Shown: one piece after another, positions 49,801 to 62,771 of the stretch
How the letters are laid out: each line of letters opens with the position of its first letter
Position numbering within the stretch: position 1 is the first letter of the stretch
Source of the DNA: Dipteris shenzhenensis
Taxonomy: Eukaryota
Reading direction: 5' to 3' (one strand)
DNA length: 64,000 nt
Assembly: GCA_047967505.1 (NCBI GenBank)
Contig: CM106538.1
Made by a program: the position numbers and the translations under genes
Notes under the pieces: generated by a model
Seen by the model: the letters and a program-made list of their open reading frames with translations, nothing else
What the model was told of the DNA's origin: nothing
Databases searched by the model: none

Positions 49801-52800
49801 GGCTTGCCCGTCACGTTTGAAGTTCCAAACTCCAGTGCGAAAGTGAACGGTTCCTCCAAGTTTTCCAGTCTCCTGGTCCCTCCTAGGTTGGATAGGATGT
49901 GCAATGGAGTCAACTATCCTTCCAAGAGTCATCTCCGGCACCAACCGCCTTCGGGTAACATCAGTTAGTATGTAGTCATCCTCTTCTTCGGTATAGGAGG
50001 GATCTCGTGGGTCTGCAGTTCCACGAGTACCTCTTTCAGTTCTATCACTCTCAGTGTCTCCTTCAGCACCATCACTATGCTCAACCAGTTCATCATCTTC
50101 CTGTATAGAATTATTAGCCTCATCACTATCACTATCAGTGTATCCTTTAGCACCATCACTATGCTCAGTCAGTTCATCATCTTCCTGTATAGCATTATTA
50201 GCCTCATCAGATTCCTCATCCTCTGTAGCTACCCCATGGTCTTTTTCTTGGTATGAGTCATCCATGTCCTGTGTTTCCAACCATTGTTGAGTCATGGACT
50301 TTTCTTTGAGTCACCCCGCTGACCTCTCCACCACCTTGTCTAGTACTTGTGGTCATCATCCGTTGATACATGTGGGGATTATTACAAAGACCAAAAGGCA
50401 TCCGTTCATACATTAGATCAGCCAAACCAGGTTCATATGCTTCTTGGCTTACCTCTTGCACCGTCCATGAAGTACTAAGATGGGCTTCAGGATCCTCTTC
50501 TGGGCATAACTCCACCATATTGATGGCTAAAGATCCTAGGGCCCCCATCCAATCCAAGATGGCAGCTTCTTCCTCATCTGGTCCAGCATGTTCCAACAAG
50601 TACATCAAGCTCTCACCATCATCTTGTGCTATTGTTGCATAAGTTTCATCTTGGAACGTTGAGTCCTCCACATAGGCCATCTCTTCTTTTCGTATGGGCC
50701 AATCCCCAAGTGCCCATCGCTCCTCCTCCACCCCTACTTCTTCTTCAAAATCCTCTTCCACAAGTTCCACAGGTCGGTGATGAGTCCTACCAGTCACCAT
50801 GTCTATCTCCAGGGATGTGGATCCCAAAGGTAGCCGAACTTCATCGCTTGACCAATCTTGAATGGCCCTTGCTGATTGCAACCATGGTCTACCACGTTGC
50901 TTATCGCAACCATGGTCTACCGAGAAGTAGGGGATATATCTGCTCACCTTCCGTCATATCAAGTACAAAAATTAGACAAGAATGTACTTCCCCAATTTTC
51001 ATGTGAACACCTTTGACTGCCCCCATTGGCTTCAACTTACGTTGATCCGTCATACGCACTTGAAAATGAACATCAGCTGTCAATTTTAAGCCCAGTTGTT
51101 GAAGCGTACCTCTCGGCATGATGTTCACGGCTGCCCCACCATCCAAGAAGACATCTTTCAGCTCCACCCAGTTGATTTCCACCGTGAGCTTGGGACTTTG
51201 TTCACACGTGAGGGCAGCATGGGCTGAGCAATTTACTAGTGTCACCCCGTCTTGAATTGGTATTGTCTCTGGTGTGGGCTCGCCCTGAATAGATCCCCTT
51301 TGGTGACCTTCTGGCATGCAATTCAAGAATGCAATAGTCTGATGCTTGATCAATGGCGACAATACACAGAGTAGTCGTAGGGTGATGTTGGGCCTAGGAA
51401 TAGGACTGGACAGTAGTAGTAGCCTTTTGTGCCCTCATCCGCCAAGCTTCTGGCCGAGGGTTGAAGCTCATGCGAGGGAGAGAAGGTACCTCTGGACTCT
51501 CAATCACTGTTTCCTGTGGTGACTCTTTCATCACCGATTTCCCTGTTTCTTGGGCCCCACTAGGCTTCACCCCCATCTCCTTATCTTTATTCAATGTGCT
51601 TCACCCCCATCTCCTTATCTTTGTTCAATGTGCTTCCTGAGTGGAAAGTAGATGGGCCTGCCTGTGACTCATTCTCATGATTTTGTTCGAAAGTTGTCAC
51701 TTCCGTTGCAAACCTCACTGTGCTGGACTTGCGGGAGGGAACCTGAGGTGTGATGCCTTCATCTTTAGAACTAGATTGAAGATATTTGGTGACACTGCTG
51801 ACCACCTCCTGGTACCTTGAAGGCATAGACTGCTCACTTGGAGTTGAGGTACTTTTAGAGCTAGTGACAGGTCTTGATGGCAGTGAAGCCCTTCGGGTTC
51901 TTTATGATCCACTAACAGGAGAATACAAGGGTGGTGCATTCCTGTGCCCACTGTCCACCTTGGAGGAAGGAGGTAGGGATGCTCCTCTCGTGACTGAGTT
52001 GGTACTAGTTGGTGATGAGGCCTCTGATATTGATGTTGAGTCATCCTTACTATTGTCACCCTTCATTTGTCACCAACCTTGTCATAACTCCCAACACTGC
52101 ACCAATCAAATGGGGTTTGTCACCCTCCCCTGCCACTACTGCATCAACCATGTTGACTTGGGATGTTGATTCCCCTCTTCCATTGAGATAATCTCTGGTG
52201 TAGTGGTCATTTGTGTTGCACTTGTACAAGAGGGTCCCCCGAACGGTTGTGTACAATCATCTTGGTAGTGGCCGTACTCGCCACATATATAGCACATGAT
52301 TGCTTTGTGGAAGTTGGTACCTCGTCCTGCACCTCCACGTTCACCCCGGAACCCATCCCGTCGATCGCATTGATAAGGGGATCCATATCCACCCTCTGAC
52401 ATAGGTGGTTGATACTGTGCGTAGTAGGGTGGAGGATAGAAGTATGGAGCCCCAATCTGATTGGGAGCAAGAGCTTGAAGCAAAGGAGGATTAGGAAGTA
52501 GTGGAGGATTAGGAATGGTAGGAGGGGTAGGTGGTTCAAGTGCCTTCACAAGGGCTGAAACTAGGGGTATGCGATAATTCTTTCTATCTTAAATGGTGCG
52601 TTGCCCTATTAGCTAGATTTAGATGCTCATTTGGGAGAGACTAAAATGAAATCATTTAGACTTCACAAGCGGTTGTAGCTTGAATGAAGAGATTTGGACT
52701 ACTTTTTTATTAGCCTTCTCCTTTAGTGCTAGCCTTCGTCATGGCTGAGTTTGCCCTTCACCTCCGGAGTGCCGACAGAAACTCAATATGAAGACTTTGT

Positions 52801-55021
52801 ATTAATGGATACTCAAGTATGTGTGGGTGTGTGGATTTGTATGTGTGAGAGCATATTTTTATACTATGGTCTACACCCACTGTTGGGCATTGATGACGTC
52901 AGTGGGGATGTCATAGTAGCTAGTCCCTACTATGCATGATGGAGTTTATGGCTTTTAATCTTATGAGTGACTATCTAACGCCTTCAAAAACCACCCTTCA
53001 TGATGGCATCATTGGGTGGCACAGACATCTTCGCAGCCAGGACCCTCATCCTTGTGTACATCTTCGAGATACTTTTGCCAGGCTTCATGGTATCAGTGGA
53101 CAACTCCTAGACAATCATATGTTCAAATTTTCCCAACTTGAAAGTGCGTAAGAATTCCCCCCTTAGGTCTGTCCACGCCTGGAACTGGTCAAGGGAAAAT
53201 TGATTGTACCATACATCAACAGCATTCTCCAATGACGAGGGGAAGATGTGAAGGAAGGCATGCTCATTCTGGGGACGACCATTTTCCGAGCAAAATCTTT
53301 CAAGCGTCCGAGCGAAGGAAAATAAAATCTTCCAACTATGCAAAAATATGGCAAAAATGGATCGGAAGAAAGCATAGTTTCACTTAGAAATATGCAAAGT
53401 ATTATAGCAATGCCTATTTTATACGCAAATATTTACGTGAATCTTTGGGAATGGTGAGAACATAATGGGATGGCTTTTGAAGAAACCCACATCTATAGTA
53501 GACTTCTCTATGAAAATTCCCTTATGATCCTTCTTACAACTTTTACTTAATAGGAGGTGACATTGAAAAACCTCTCTCAACCTATCTTCATGAAAGGGTT
53601 TCTCCAAAGAAAACTCATTGAAGCAAACCATCAAGGTAGTTTCGCCAGTGAAACCCCTTTGAAGTAGGTCTTCTAAGGTAGTTTCGCTGGCGAAACCCAG
53701 CGAAACTACCTTGGACAACACTTTTAAAAGTGACATAACTTTCACATCCAATGTCCAAATATAGTCATTCAACCACTCGAATTGATCGGAAAACCCCATT
53801 TGAACACATCTATGGGGTTATATCTTGCATATATAGTATTAAATACTATATGTATTTTATGAGAGTGATATATAAGCCCAAGTTAATACTTATTTATAAT
53901 AATTTAAACTTCTTTAGAAACATGTCCATATATATCTTGTTATTTATGCTATAAAAACACTAGAACAATATTGCCATATGATATAAATGTGTTAAAAAAT
54001 AATTATATTTGTATAATATTATTACATTGAGAGTGATTATGAGGGATGTTTCTTAAAGGAGTTATTTTTCAACACTTTTTTAAGGTAATAACAGGGGTAC
54101 AAAAGGATATCTATGAATGAGAAAATTTATGTTATGTAAAAATGAATGAGTGACTAGTCTATATATTTTTATGAAAAAGGGATCTAGTTTCTAGTGAAAT
54201 AAAGTGTAAAAACCATGTTTCCTAAAGAAATACAAATTGATTGTACTAAAATCACAAGTTGTGGGTGCGCGCATGAAACACTAGTTTCTCGGTAGCTCCT
54301 GCGAGCTTCCCCTCCCCCCCCCGCTGCTAGCTCTACCTCCCCCCCCCCTAGCTCCTCCCCTCGCCGCGACCACCCCCGCCCCCTGCCCCTCCGCCCTCGC
54401 CCACCGCCCCCCCTCCCCTCACCCGCCGCCCACCTCGTTGCGCCCTCGCCTCCGCTCTCGCCCCCCCCCTCGCTGCTCTCTCGCCTATCCGCTCCCCTCC
54501 ACCTCGCCCCTCCGCTCCCCTCCACCTCGCCTCTCCATCGCCGCCCCTCGCCTCCACTCCCCCCCCCTTCCCTCGTCTCGGCCGCCCCTCACCTCTCCGC
54601 TCTCTTCCACCCCGCCCCCTTCCGCCTCACCTCGCTTCACCCAACCCCCCCTCGCTTCACCTCACCCCCCCCCCCTCTCGCCGCTCCGCCTCACCCGCCC
54701 GACCCCCTCGCTTCACCCGCCCCCCCCGCCTCCATTCCGCTCTCCCCGCCCCCCGCTTCACCTCTCCGCCCCCGCCACACCAACCCCGCCCCCCCCCGCC
54801 CTTCCGCGCCCCCCGTCTTCCCCACACCCCGCACCCTTCACCCCGCCCCCCGCCCCCTCACTTCGCCTCGCCCGCCCTTTCGCTCCACTCCTCCACCCCG
54901 CCTCCACCTTCCGCCTCCGCAACCGTCCTCTCCACACCCAGGCTCCACCCTCCCGCTTCGCCCCCTCCTTTTTGGGTGGCAGCCTGTTCCTCATCGGAAG
55001 CTTGCAGTTAGTCTTGGCGGT

Positions 55022-57062
55022 ATGGCAGCCCCCTGCCCGGATCCGGAGGCCCAGTCGGACCCTCCCTCTCCAGATGCCTAGCGCGTTATCCTGACAGAGC
55101 AACAATCATCTCGTGTTCAGGAGGTTGCCATTGACTTTGCCCGTACCTCTGTTTACGGTAGAGTCATTGGACACTCTCCCTCCAGATCAGCCATCAGGGA
55201 CTGGCTCCAGTCCACTCTCCTGCTAGAGGATGGCCATATTGAGGAGGTGGCCCTTATGGGAAGGGGCATCTTCTGGCTCAAACTCTCCAATGAGAAAGCT
55301 GCGAGCAACCTGATTGCCGGTTCCCCCACATCGGTGGATGGAAAGATTATCATGATAGTCCCGTGGTACCGTGGATTCAGCGCAGCGGATTTTGATGTTC
55401 GGTTCCGTATACCTTGCCACCCACCAGTGACACTAGTTTTTCCAGGTCTTGCTGCTGAGCTGCGGCCGATTGTCAGGGACTTGGGCTCCCACTTTGGTTG
55501 GGTTATGCACGACACTTTCGCCAACGCGGTGACCACGGCAGGAGCCCCCCGAGTCCGTGTGGCTGTGGCAGATCCTGCGACTCTCCTTGCAGTGATTGAG
55601 ATTGTGACAGATGCCGGCAGCATCACCCAGAGCATGATAGTCACCGGACAGCCAGGTCAGTGCCTGAGGTGCCACGGCTTTGGGCACTTGGCGGCTGCTT
55701 GTCCACGCTTCGCCAGCTCGTCTCGACCCCCCCCCCGCCCCCGCCCCCTCCGCCCCCGCCCCCCCCCCAGACAGCCACGTCAGGAGGAGCCGAGGCAGCC
55801 GGAGGCCGGTCCAGAGTTAGTGGGCGGTTGGACCGAGGTTAGAAGGAAAAGAGGAAAGAACAAGAAGATTTCGGATAAAGGCAAGGAGGCAGAGGTTACC
55901 CTTCCTGCAGCAGCACCCCAGAGACCTGACAGGCAGCCGCCCTAGGGACTGGGAGAGCTTCTTCTTCGACGGCAGCCCGCCCTTCACAGCCTCAGATTCC
56001 CCTCTCTCCCGCTCCCCCGCCCCTTTCCACTCAGTCCCAGCCCCTTCCCCAGTTTCCCCCCCCCTCGCCCGACCCGCAGCTTCAGCCCCCGCCTCCTCTT
56101 CCTCAGTCTCCTCCTCCTCCCTCTCAGCCCCAGTTCCAGATGCATCCCCATCCCCCCCCCCCCCCGGTCCCCCTCGACCCTCCTACGGAGTTAGCTGCAC
56201 CGTCGGCTTCCCAGCCGAGAGTAGCCCCTGCTCCTCCTCCTCCACCTTCTCCGCCAGTCGCCTCCGTGGAGTCCGAGTCGCCTACCCCTCAGCCTCCTCC
56301 CCCTCCCCCCCCGCTGGCAGGACACCCGGAGTCTACACCACCACTGGAGCAGGCTTCCCTGCCCGCTAGCCCCTCAGTGGTAGACTCTGATGGGTCTCAG
56401 CTTCAGGAGAGAGAGCTTCCTCGAGACTTTTACAGATCTGGCCCCTGGGACTACTTGGATGTGGCCGACCTTGGGACCTTCCCGGCTTGTCTCGACATCA
56501 GTATCTTCCTGCTCCGCAAAGGGGCGGATGGGAAGATTGCCGCCTTGGCCCCTAGGGATGGCCCTAGCTTCGCTTTCACGTTCCTCAACGATGGCACCGA
56601 GACCTGGAAAGACGACTCTGTTTGGGAGGCTCTCAGAGAGCAGACACACGCCCAGGTTTGCTCCTGGATAGGCCCGTCCGGTGGGCAGCTTCTCGAGACT
56701 CAGTGGGCGATGTGCGCCTGCGGTGGCGTTGCGCCGCCAAACGCTTCCGACTGATTGTGATCCTCAGACCTCCCCTGTCATGGCCTCTCCCCCAGGATGT
56801 CAGAGCTTGGTCCCATCAGAAACTCCGAACCTTCTATGGGATGACCACTTCAGAGATCTCGAGCTGGCTCGAGAAAGCATTTGCTCATGGCACCAAAGGC
56901 CTCTCGCCTTTGCTGAAGGTGTTGAAGAACGGGCAGGACGACCCCGTCTCCCCCTCCAAACCTTCTCATAAGCGGCAGCGCCTCCATTCCGATATGTCTG
57001 ATTCTTCATCGACTTCGACCGCGAGCAGACAGTTGTTCGCAGCCCCCCATCCCTCTCCATGA
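55022..57062 (+). pseudogene. LINE ORF1: DUF4283/RRM-like region, CCHC knuckle (CLRCHGFGHLAAAC), Pro-rich linker, extra C-terminal domain
   Basis: ATG 55022; TAG at 55079 and 55943; frameshifts including one near 56740. Confidence 0.8.
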
Positions 57063-60000
57063 GCCTACATCTCGTATCCTGGAATGTGAACGGGTTTCAC
57101 TCTTCTGGCACCCGTGGTCCCAGGAAGCTCATTGTGCGACAAGAACTTCAGCCTGCAGTGATTGGTCGTTTGGATGTACTTCTGCTCCAGGAGCACAAGC
57201 TTTCTGCGGCTCATTCCCGTAGCTGCGGGAAGGTTCTCCCTGGACGTTCCTACACTTATTGGGAGCCCTCGATCGGCGCACAAGGGAGGAGTGGGGGTGT
57301 CTGTACCTCCGTGTGCGAGCAGTTAGCCCAGGGAGTTTTCGGTCACGGCACGTTGATCCCAGGCCGAGCCCTTTGGGTAGGCCTGGATTTGGAGGGATCC
57401 AAAATAGGAATCCTCAACATTTATGCTCCCACAGACCTCCGATGCAGAGCCACCTTCTGGAGGACACTTACAGGGATTCTTCCAGACATGGATTCCTGGA
57501 TTGTTGGAGGTGACTTCAACAATCTGGAGACCTTGGAGGACCAGCAGGGCAGAGGTCCGGAGTTCACAGGTATGGCTCAGGCAGAGCAGTTAGCTTGGGA
57601 CTCTTTCATCTTCGCGACAGGAGGGAGGGACAGTTGGAGAGACCCGTCCTTCCGGCGTTGGCACGGGAGCCTGGACTTCTCTTGGGGCTTCCGCAGGGAA
57701 GGAGGCAGACTCCTGGAGAGGCTTGATAGATTTTATGTCAGTGATTGGGCCATCAGCAGAGGCGGTCAGGTGGGTATAGTTCCAGGGATGACACTTTCCG
57801 ACCATGCGCCTGTGCTCCTATCATTAGATTCGGCAGCCCAGACCGGTCATGCAGGATTCCCGACTCCATTTTCTCGAGGGTGGACGTGCGCAGCAGTATT
57901 TGCAGTCTTTGGGACAGAGACTGGGGGGAGTGCGTGGATCTGGTAGACTCGGTTGCGCAGGCTCTGCAGGAGTCCAGCCAGATCTGCCAGCTCGCAGCCC
58001 TACAGGTTCGACAGGATTGGTGGGGCAGAGAGAGAGCTCTTCGGAGGGACCTCGCCTCCATTCAGCGACTCCAGCAGGCTTCCCCGGGCTCGGAGGAGCT
58101 TCGGATCCAGGCCCTCCGAGCCAGAGCCCTCCTGGAGGAGACACTCCAGCGTCGCTTAGAGTTTTCCTATCACGCCTCTCTCTCCTTCTGGGCCCGGAAG
58201 GGTGACCGGATGTGCAGGGAGTTCTTCAGGACGCATGGTCAGAGAGCTGCAGGTGATCAGCTTCGGAGTCTCAGGATAGCGGCGGATGGTCACATCGTTA
58301 CGGATCCGGGGGAGGTCCTGGGGTTGGCCACTGACTTCTACAGGACCCTCTTCCAGCAGGAGCCGCTTGCCCCTCGTGCTAGTCGTGCCCGTGAGGAGGT
58401 GTGGAGGCACATTCCATCCCTGGTCCAGCCTAGCATGCAGGCGACGTTGTTGGCACCGTTCACCTCGGATGAGATGTTGGAGGCCTTGATGGCTATCGAC
58501 GGACAGAAATGCCCAAGTGAGGATGGGCTATCCCGAGCATTCTTCACCTCCTTCTGGGACCAGATCCATCAGCCCCTCCTTGCAGCTCTGCAGGGGATTT
58601 TCAGCAGCGGTCAGATGCCAGAGAGCCTTTCCTCGGGACTGATTTGCCTCATCCCGAAGGGAGGAGATAGACAGGAGATCCGCCAGTGGCGTCCGATCAC
58701 TCTCCTTACCACTGCCTACAAAATCCTCGCCAAGATGATCAGTGCCAGAGTTCGGCCTCTACTCCCAGACCTCATCCATGACACTCAGACAGGCTTTGTC
58801 CAGATCGCAGTATCCTGGATAATGTCTTCACCTTTTCAGAGGCGGCGGAGTGGGCTCAGCACAGCGGATCACACCTTGCCATTCTACTTCTCGACTTCGA
58901 GAAGGCCTACGATCGCGTGGACTGGTCCTTTTTGGAGGGGACTCTGGAGCGGCTAGGTTTCCCGGCAGGTTGGATTCAGGGTATCTCAGCTTTGTACAGG
59001 ACAGCGTCTAGCAGAGTCATCATTGGAGGCAGGATGGGTGAGCGCTTTAGCTTGGAGAGATCAGTGCGTCAGGGCTGCCCCCTTGCTCCTTACCTGTTTC
59101 TCTTCTTCGCCGAGGCCATGACTTACTACCTTCGGGCGAGGTCCACAGGGATCAGGGGTGTTCGCCTTCCACTCCGGGAGGACACGGAGCTTTTGGACTC
59201 GAAGTACGCAGATGATACAGCCCTTTATGTCCAGGACGATGAGAGGATGCTAGAGAGGGTGCGGATGGCCCTGGAGGTCTTCTGCTCGGCCGCTGGTGCG
59301 AAAATCAACTGGAACAAATCAATTGGTTTTCTCACAGACCCTGGGGCGTGTTCTCAGTGGGGGCGATTTCTGGGTTTCAGATGGATTCCACGGGGACAGA
59401 CAGCTAGATACCTTGGCTTTCAGGTTGGCCTAGACATCACGCCAGCTCAGCAGTTTCTCCCGGTGCTAGACTCCATCCGACGGAAGCTAGCTTTCTGGAG
59501 CACTGCTAAGCTCTCTCTTGCAGGTCGTGCCTTGGTAGTTAACCAGGTCCTCCTAGCCACGGCTTGGTATGTGGCTTCCTACTGGTGCTTCTCGAGATCC
59601 AGCGTGGCACAGCTCAGGAGGTTGGTTCGGAACTTCCTTTGGTCTGGGGAGGATGGTCATAGAGATACCAGAGCCAGGGTTGCTTGGCAGACAGTCATTC
59701 TTCCGCAGGCTGAGCGTGGCCTGAGGGTCATCGATCCAGAGCTTCAGAGTCAGGCCTTGTTAGGCAAGCTTGTCATCCGCGGTTTGACCCCGGGGGGGCA
59801 GACGTGGAAGATGTTACTTCAGCAGGGAGTCGGCTCTTGTGTCCCGCGCCGAGGTGGAGAGTGGCTACCGTCCCTCAGGTATCTTCACTTCCGCCCCGCT
59901 CACTCAGCCCCGTTCCCCACTCGTTCGCAGCCTCCTCATGGTTTGGAGGCGGCTCCGCCTCAGTCTCATTCAGTCCCCTCCCAGCTGTCAGGAGGAGATC

Positions 60001-61438
60001 GATCGCCAGCCGCTTATCTGGAACGGTCAGGTCAGAGATGCCGAGGGCCTTCAGTTGGGGGAGAGATCACATATCAGGTGGGACGGCTGGATGAGGGGGC
60101 CAGCCCGGTCCCTTCGAGTTTGGAGGGATACGTACAGACATCTGGAGATGACTGATCTTGCAGACGCAGCTGGAGGTGCACGTGGAGCCCAGGCGAGACG
60201 CACGGAGATCGACGGTGTGATCCCAGCTGCTTGGTTGGTTCCACCTGAGCCTCAGGTCCTCATGCCTAGTGACACCCGCTGGCTGGGACAGTTCACCCCC
60301 CGTGGCATCCCACTGGTGATCGCAGGACGTTTGGATGACTCCTCTATCTCCTTCTTCGCGGTTTCTGGGGATGGACGACTCAGGAGAGAGGATGCGCTCA
60401 TCGACCCCCTACTCCCGTGGCAGAGGGTTCGGGTCGTAGGCCTTTTGGGGAAGGTCTGGCGTACCGACCCTAGCATCGAGCAGGACCAGTTGCAGCTTTG
60501 GCGTCTTTGGCTCTGGGAGGGGCGGGCCTTGTCAGAGCTTGATTGGGACCCAGGAGAGTGGTGGTGGCCAGAGATTGTGACAGGACAGGGGCCGACTTCC
60601 TTCTTCGCCTACAGTACGACTCTGGGCCAGGCGAGTTCTCGGGAGGATGCAGAGCCGCCCCCCCACCCAGCGACCCAGCTGGTACGCACAGGGTATTTCC
60701 AGGTTCTTCTTGCAGGCATTCTGGAAGGCCTTGTGGGAGAGCTGGCGGCCGCGGAAGATCTCATACTTCCTGTGGCTTCTTGCCCACAAAGGTCTTCCAG
60801 TGGGGAGCTGGTTGAGGCAGATAGGCCAGGACGGATGCTGCCAGATTTGCCATGCGGATGAGGAGTCACCAAAACACTGCCTGTGGAGCTGCACTCGCGC
60901 CCAGGAAGTGTGGAGGTGGACTTTCGGGATTCTTACTCGCGCAGCACCAGAGCTAGGATTGATCACTTGGGGCGCGTTCTGTTGGTGCACCGCACCTGGT
61001 CTTCATCACTTATTCGAGGCATGCCAGCAGGACCCCACTTTCCTTATCACACAGGGGACGTGGGGACCGCTCGAGGGTATCCCGCAGCACCTAGCAGAGG
61101 CTGATACAGGAGTTCGGGAGAGGCAGCCAGTCTGGGAGATTATTAGCAGCATTACAGGGTGGCACATCTGGACCTCGCGCTGCGCGCAGATCCTCGGTGG
61201 CACCTCCTTATCGACTGCCCAGATCATGGCGGAGATTTGGAGTGAGATTATACATACCCTCAGAGGCCAGTGGGACCAGATTCAGGGAGACTCCCGGGCC
61301 GGTCAGGAGAAGCGGAGACGCTTCCTCCGGGCTTGGGACACACAGGGCCTCTTCTTCGAGCAGACTACGCAGGGCCTTCGGTGGCACTACTCACCACCCC
61401 GATGGCTGTTCATTCACACTCGTCTTATCCCTCCGTGA
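57059..61438 (+). pseudogene. LINE ORF2: APE endonuclease, RT (QGCPL, YADD), zinc finger; four frameshifts, no RNase H seen
   Basis: Overlapping ORFs 57059-57946, 57745-58956, 58917-60155, 59839-60861 and 60647-61438. Confidence 0.92.
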
Positions 61439-62771
61439 GAGTATGATTTATTATGCTACCTTTTAGGGCTGTGTCCGATTTGTGAACGCAGCCCGTCAGC
61501 TATAAGCTGACCTCTTGTATCTTGTTCTCGAAGTAATATAATTAGCACTGTTTTTTCGGCAAAAAAAAAAGAAATACAAATTTTTAAATCTCTTGAAAAA
61601 CACGCTCGGATAAACCTGCTCATAGGTTTTTGCTCGTAAAATTGATGCATCCGCTCATTCTCAACACCTTTAGCTCTACATGCTTTGAGGAATTTCCTCA
61701 CATGAGCTTTCACATCCTCATGGAGGTGGCCTTTGAACTTTTGAGTCTTCACGTGGACCTTGTTGAGTAGCTCGAGAAGTCTAGCTCTGTCTGTAGGACT
61801 GAGAACGTCCATCCCCAACCCAGAGGCTGAAGTAGATGCAAGAGTTGGAGGGAGACCCGACGGAGCCAAAATGAGTGTGGGTGCTTCAGAGGAGGTGACA
61901 ACACCGAGAACACCTCCTACGGAGGACCACAATGGGGAAGTCACTATTGATGTAGCCATAGAAGAAGTGTACACGGATGGTACTGCATACGCGGAGGGCC
62001 TTAGTGTTGCAGAGGGAAAGGGTGAGAACATAGAAGATGTGGGGGTTACAGAGGATGGGAGAGCAGTTGGGAAAGAGAGGGACGGAGTTGAAGTCATGGA
62101 TGAGTAGGTAGTAGAAAAGGAAGGAGGTGGTGGAAAAGGCAGCAGAGGTGTGGATGGAAAGGGAGATGAAACCTTCATATGGCAGGTAACGGAATGGCTG
62201 GAGCAAAAGTACCCCCGAGTGTGATGTGGAAGTAAGATTTGCTAGGAACTTGGAGCTATGTATAACAGATGATATAGCAGCTTGATTCACAGAGGTCGAG
62301 TCCGGAGTAGAGGGAGCCACCACTCCCGCAAAAATGGTTGTTGATGAAGACATCGTTGCAAGAAGAGGAGAGGGGCTGTCTTGATCTTGATGAGTCCCTG
62401 AGGAGCCTTCGTCCTTCGTACCTTCCTCTTTCACCTGTTCTCCGCGCTTTGTACTTCTTCTTCTCCGGAGTCCGCCGGATCTGACCACCAACGATCTTCT
62501 TCTTCTTCAATGAGGGTGTCGATGAAGTTACTTGCTCTGGCTACTGCTCCAATGGACTCACTTTGTGCTCGCCTTGAGGTCTTCGCGAACTTTTGTTGCA
62601 CGTAATGCTTCTTGTACCGAGTTTGGTCTGTCGGAAGTCTTTTCTCCACTCTCCTCAAGCACCTCCTAGTTCTCTCACTAGCCCCTCCAAATGTTTCAGA
62701 ACTAGTCAACATAAGACATCTCCCTAGGATCCTAGAACATCACTTCACTTATGCTACTCAACACCGGTAGT

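Larger units (their letters stand above)
54239..61567 (+). mobile_element. Full-length L1-clade LINE, family B (7.3 kb), relatively young
   Basis: Exact 15-bp TSD AAAGAAATACAAATT at 54224-54238 and 61568-61582; C-rich 5'UTR; ORF1 and ORF2; poly-A. Confidence 0.95.
53271..61652. mobile_element. Non-autonomous Mutator-like DNA element (~1.04 kb: 53271-54238 plus 61583-61652) in gypsy gag
   Basis: Exact 9-bp TSD GCTCATTCT at 53262-53270 and 61653-61661; imperfect G-starting TIRs (GG..ATTTT(C/A)CGAGCAAAA); AT-rich, no ORF. Confidence 0.75.
43190..62771 (-). mobile_element. Large Ty3/gypsy retrotransposon (non-chromovirus-like), 3' LTR not seen, with nested insertions
   Basis: LTR edge at ~62692 with PBS-like TGGAGGGGCTAG; gag 62353-61662 continuing at 53261; two CCHC knuckles ~52190-52300; PR VFLDGGAAVN 50901-51362; RT MPFGLCNAP/FLDD 48418-49005; RNase H to ~48050; IN C-terminus ~46960-47420. 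Confidence 0.85.

Noticed and set aside
52770-52980. Possible solo LTR within gypsy gag (also 28500-29150)
   Set aside because: LTR-like composition, but I could not confirm boundaries or a TSD
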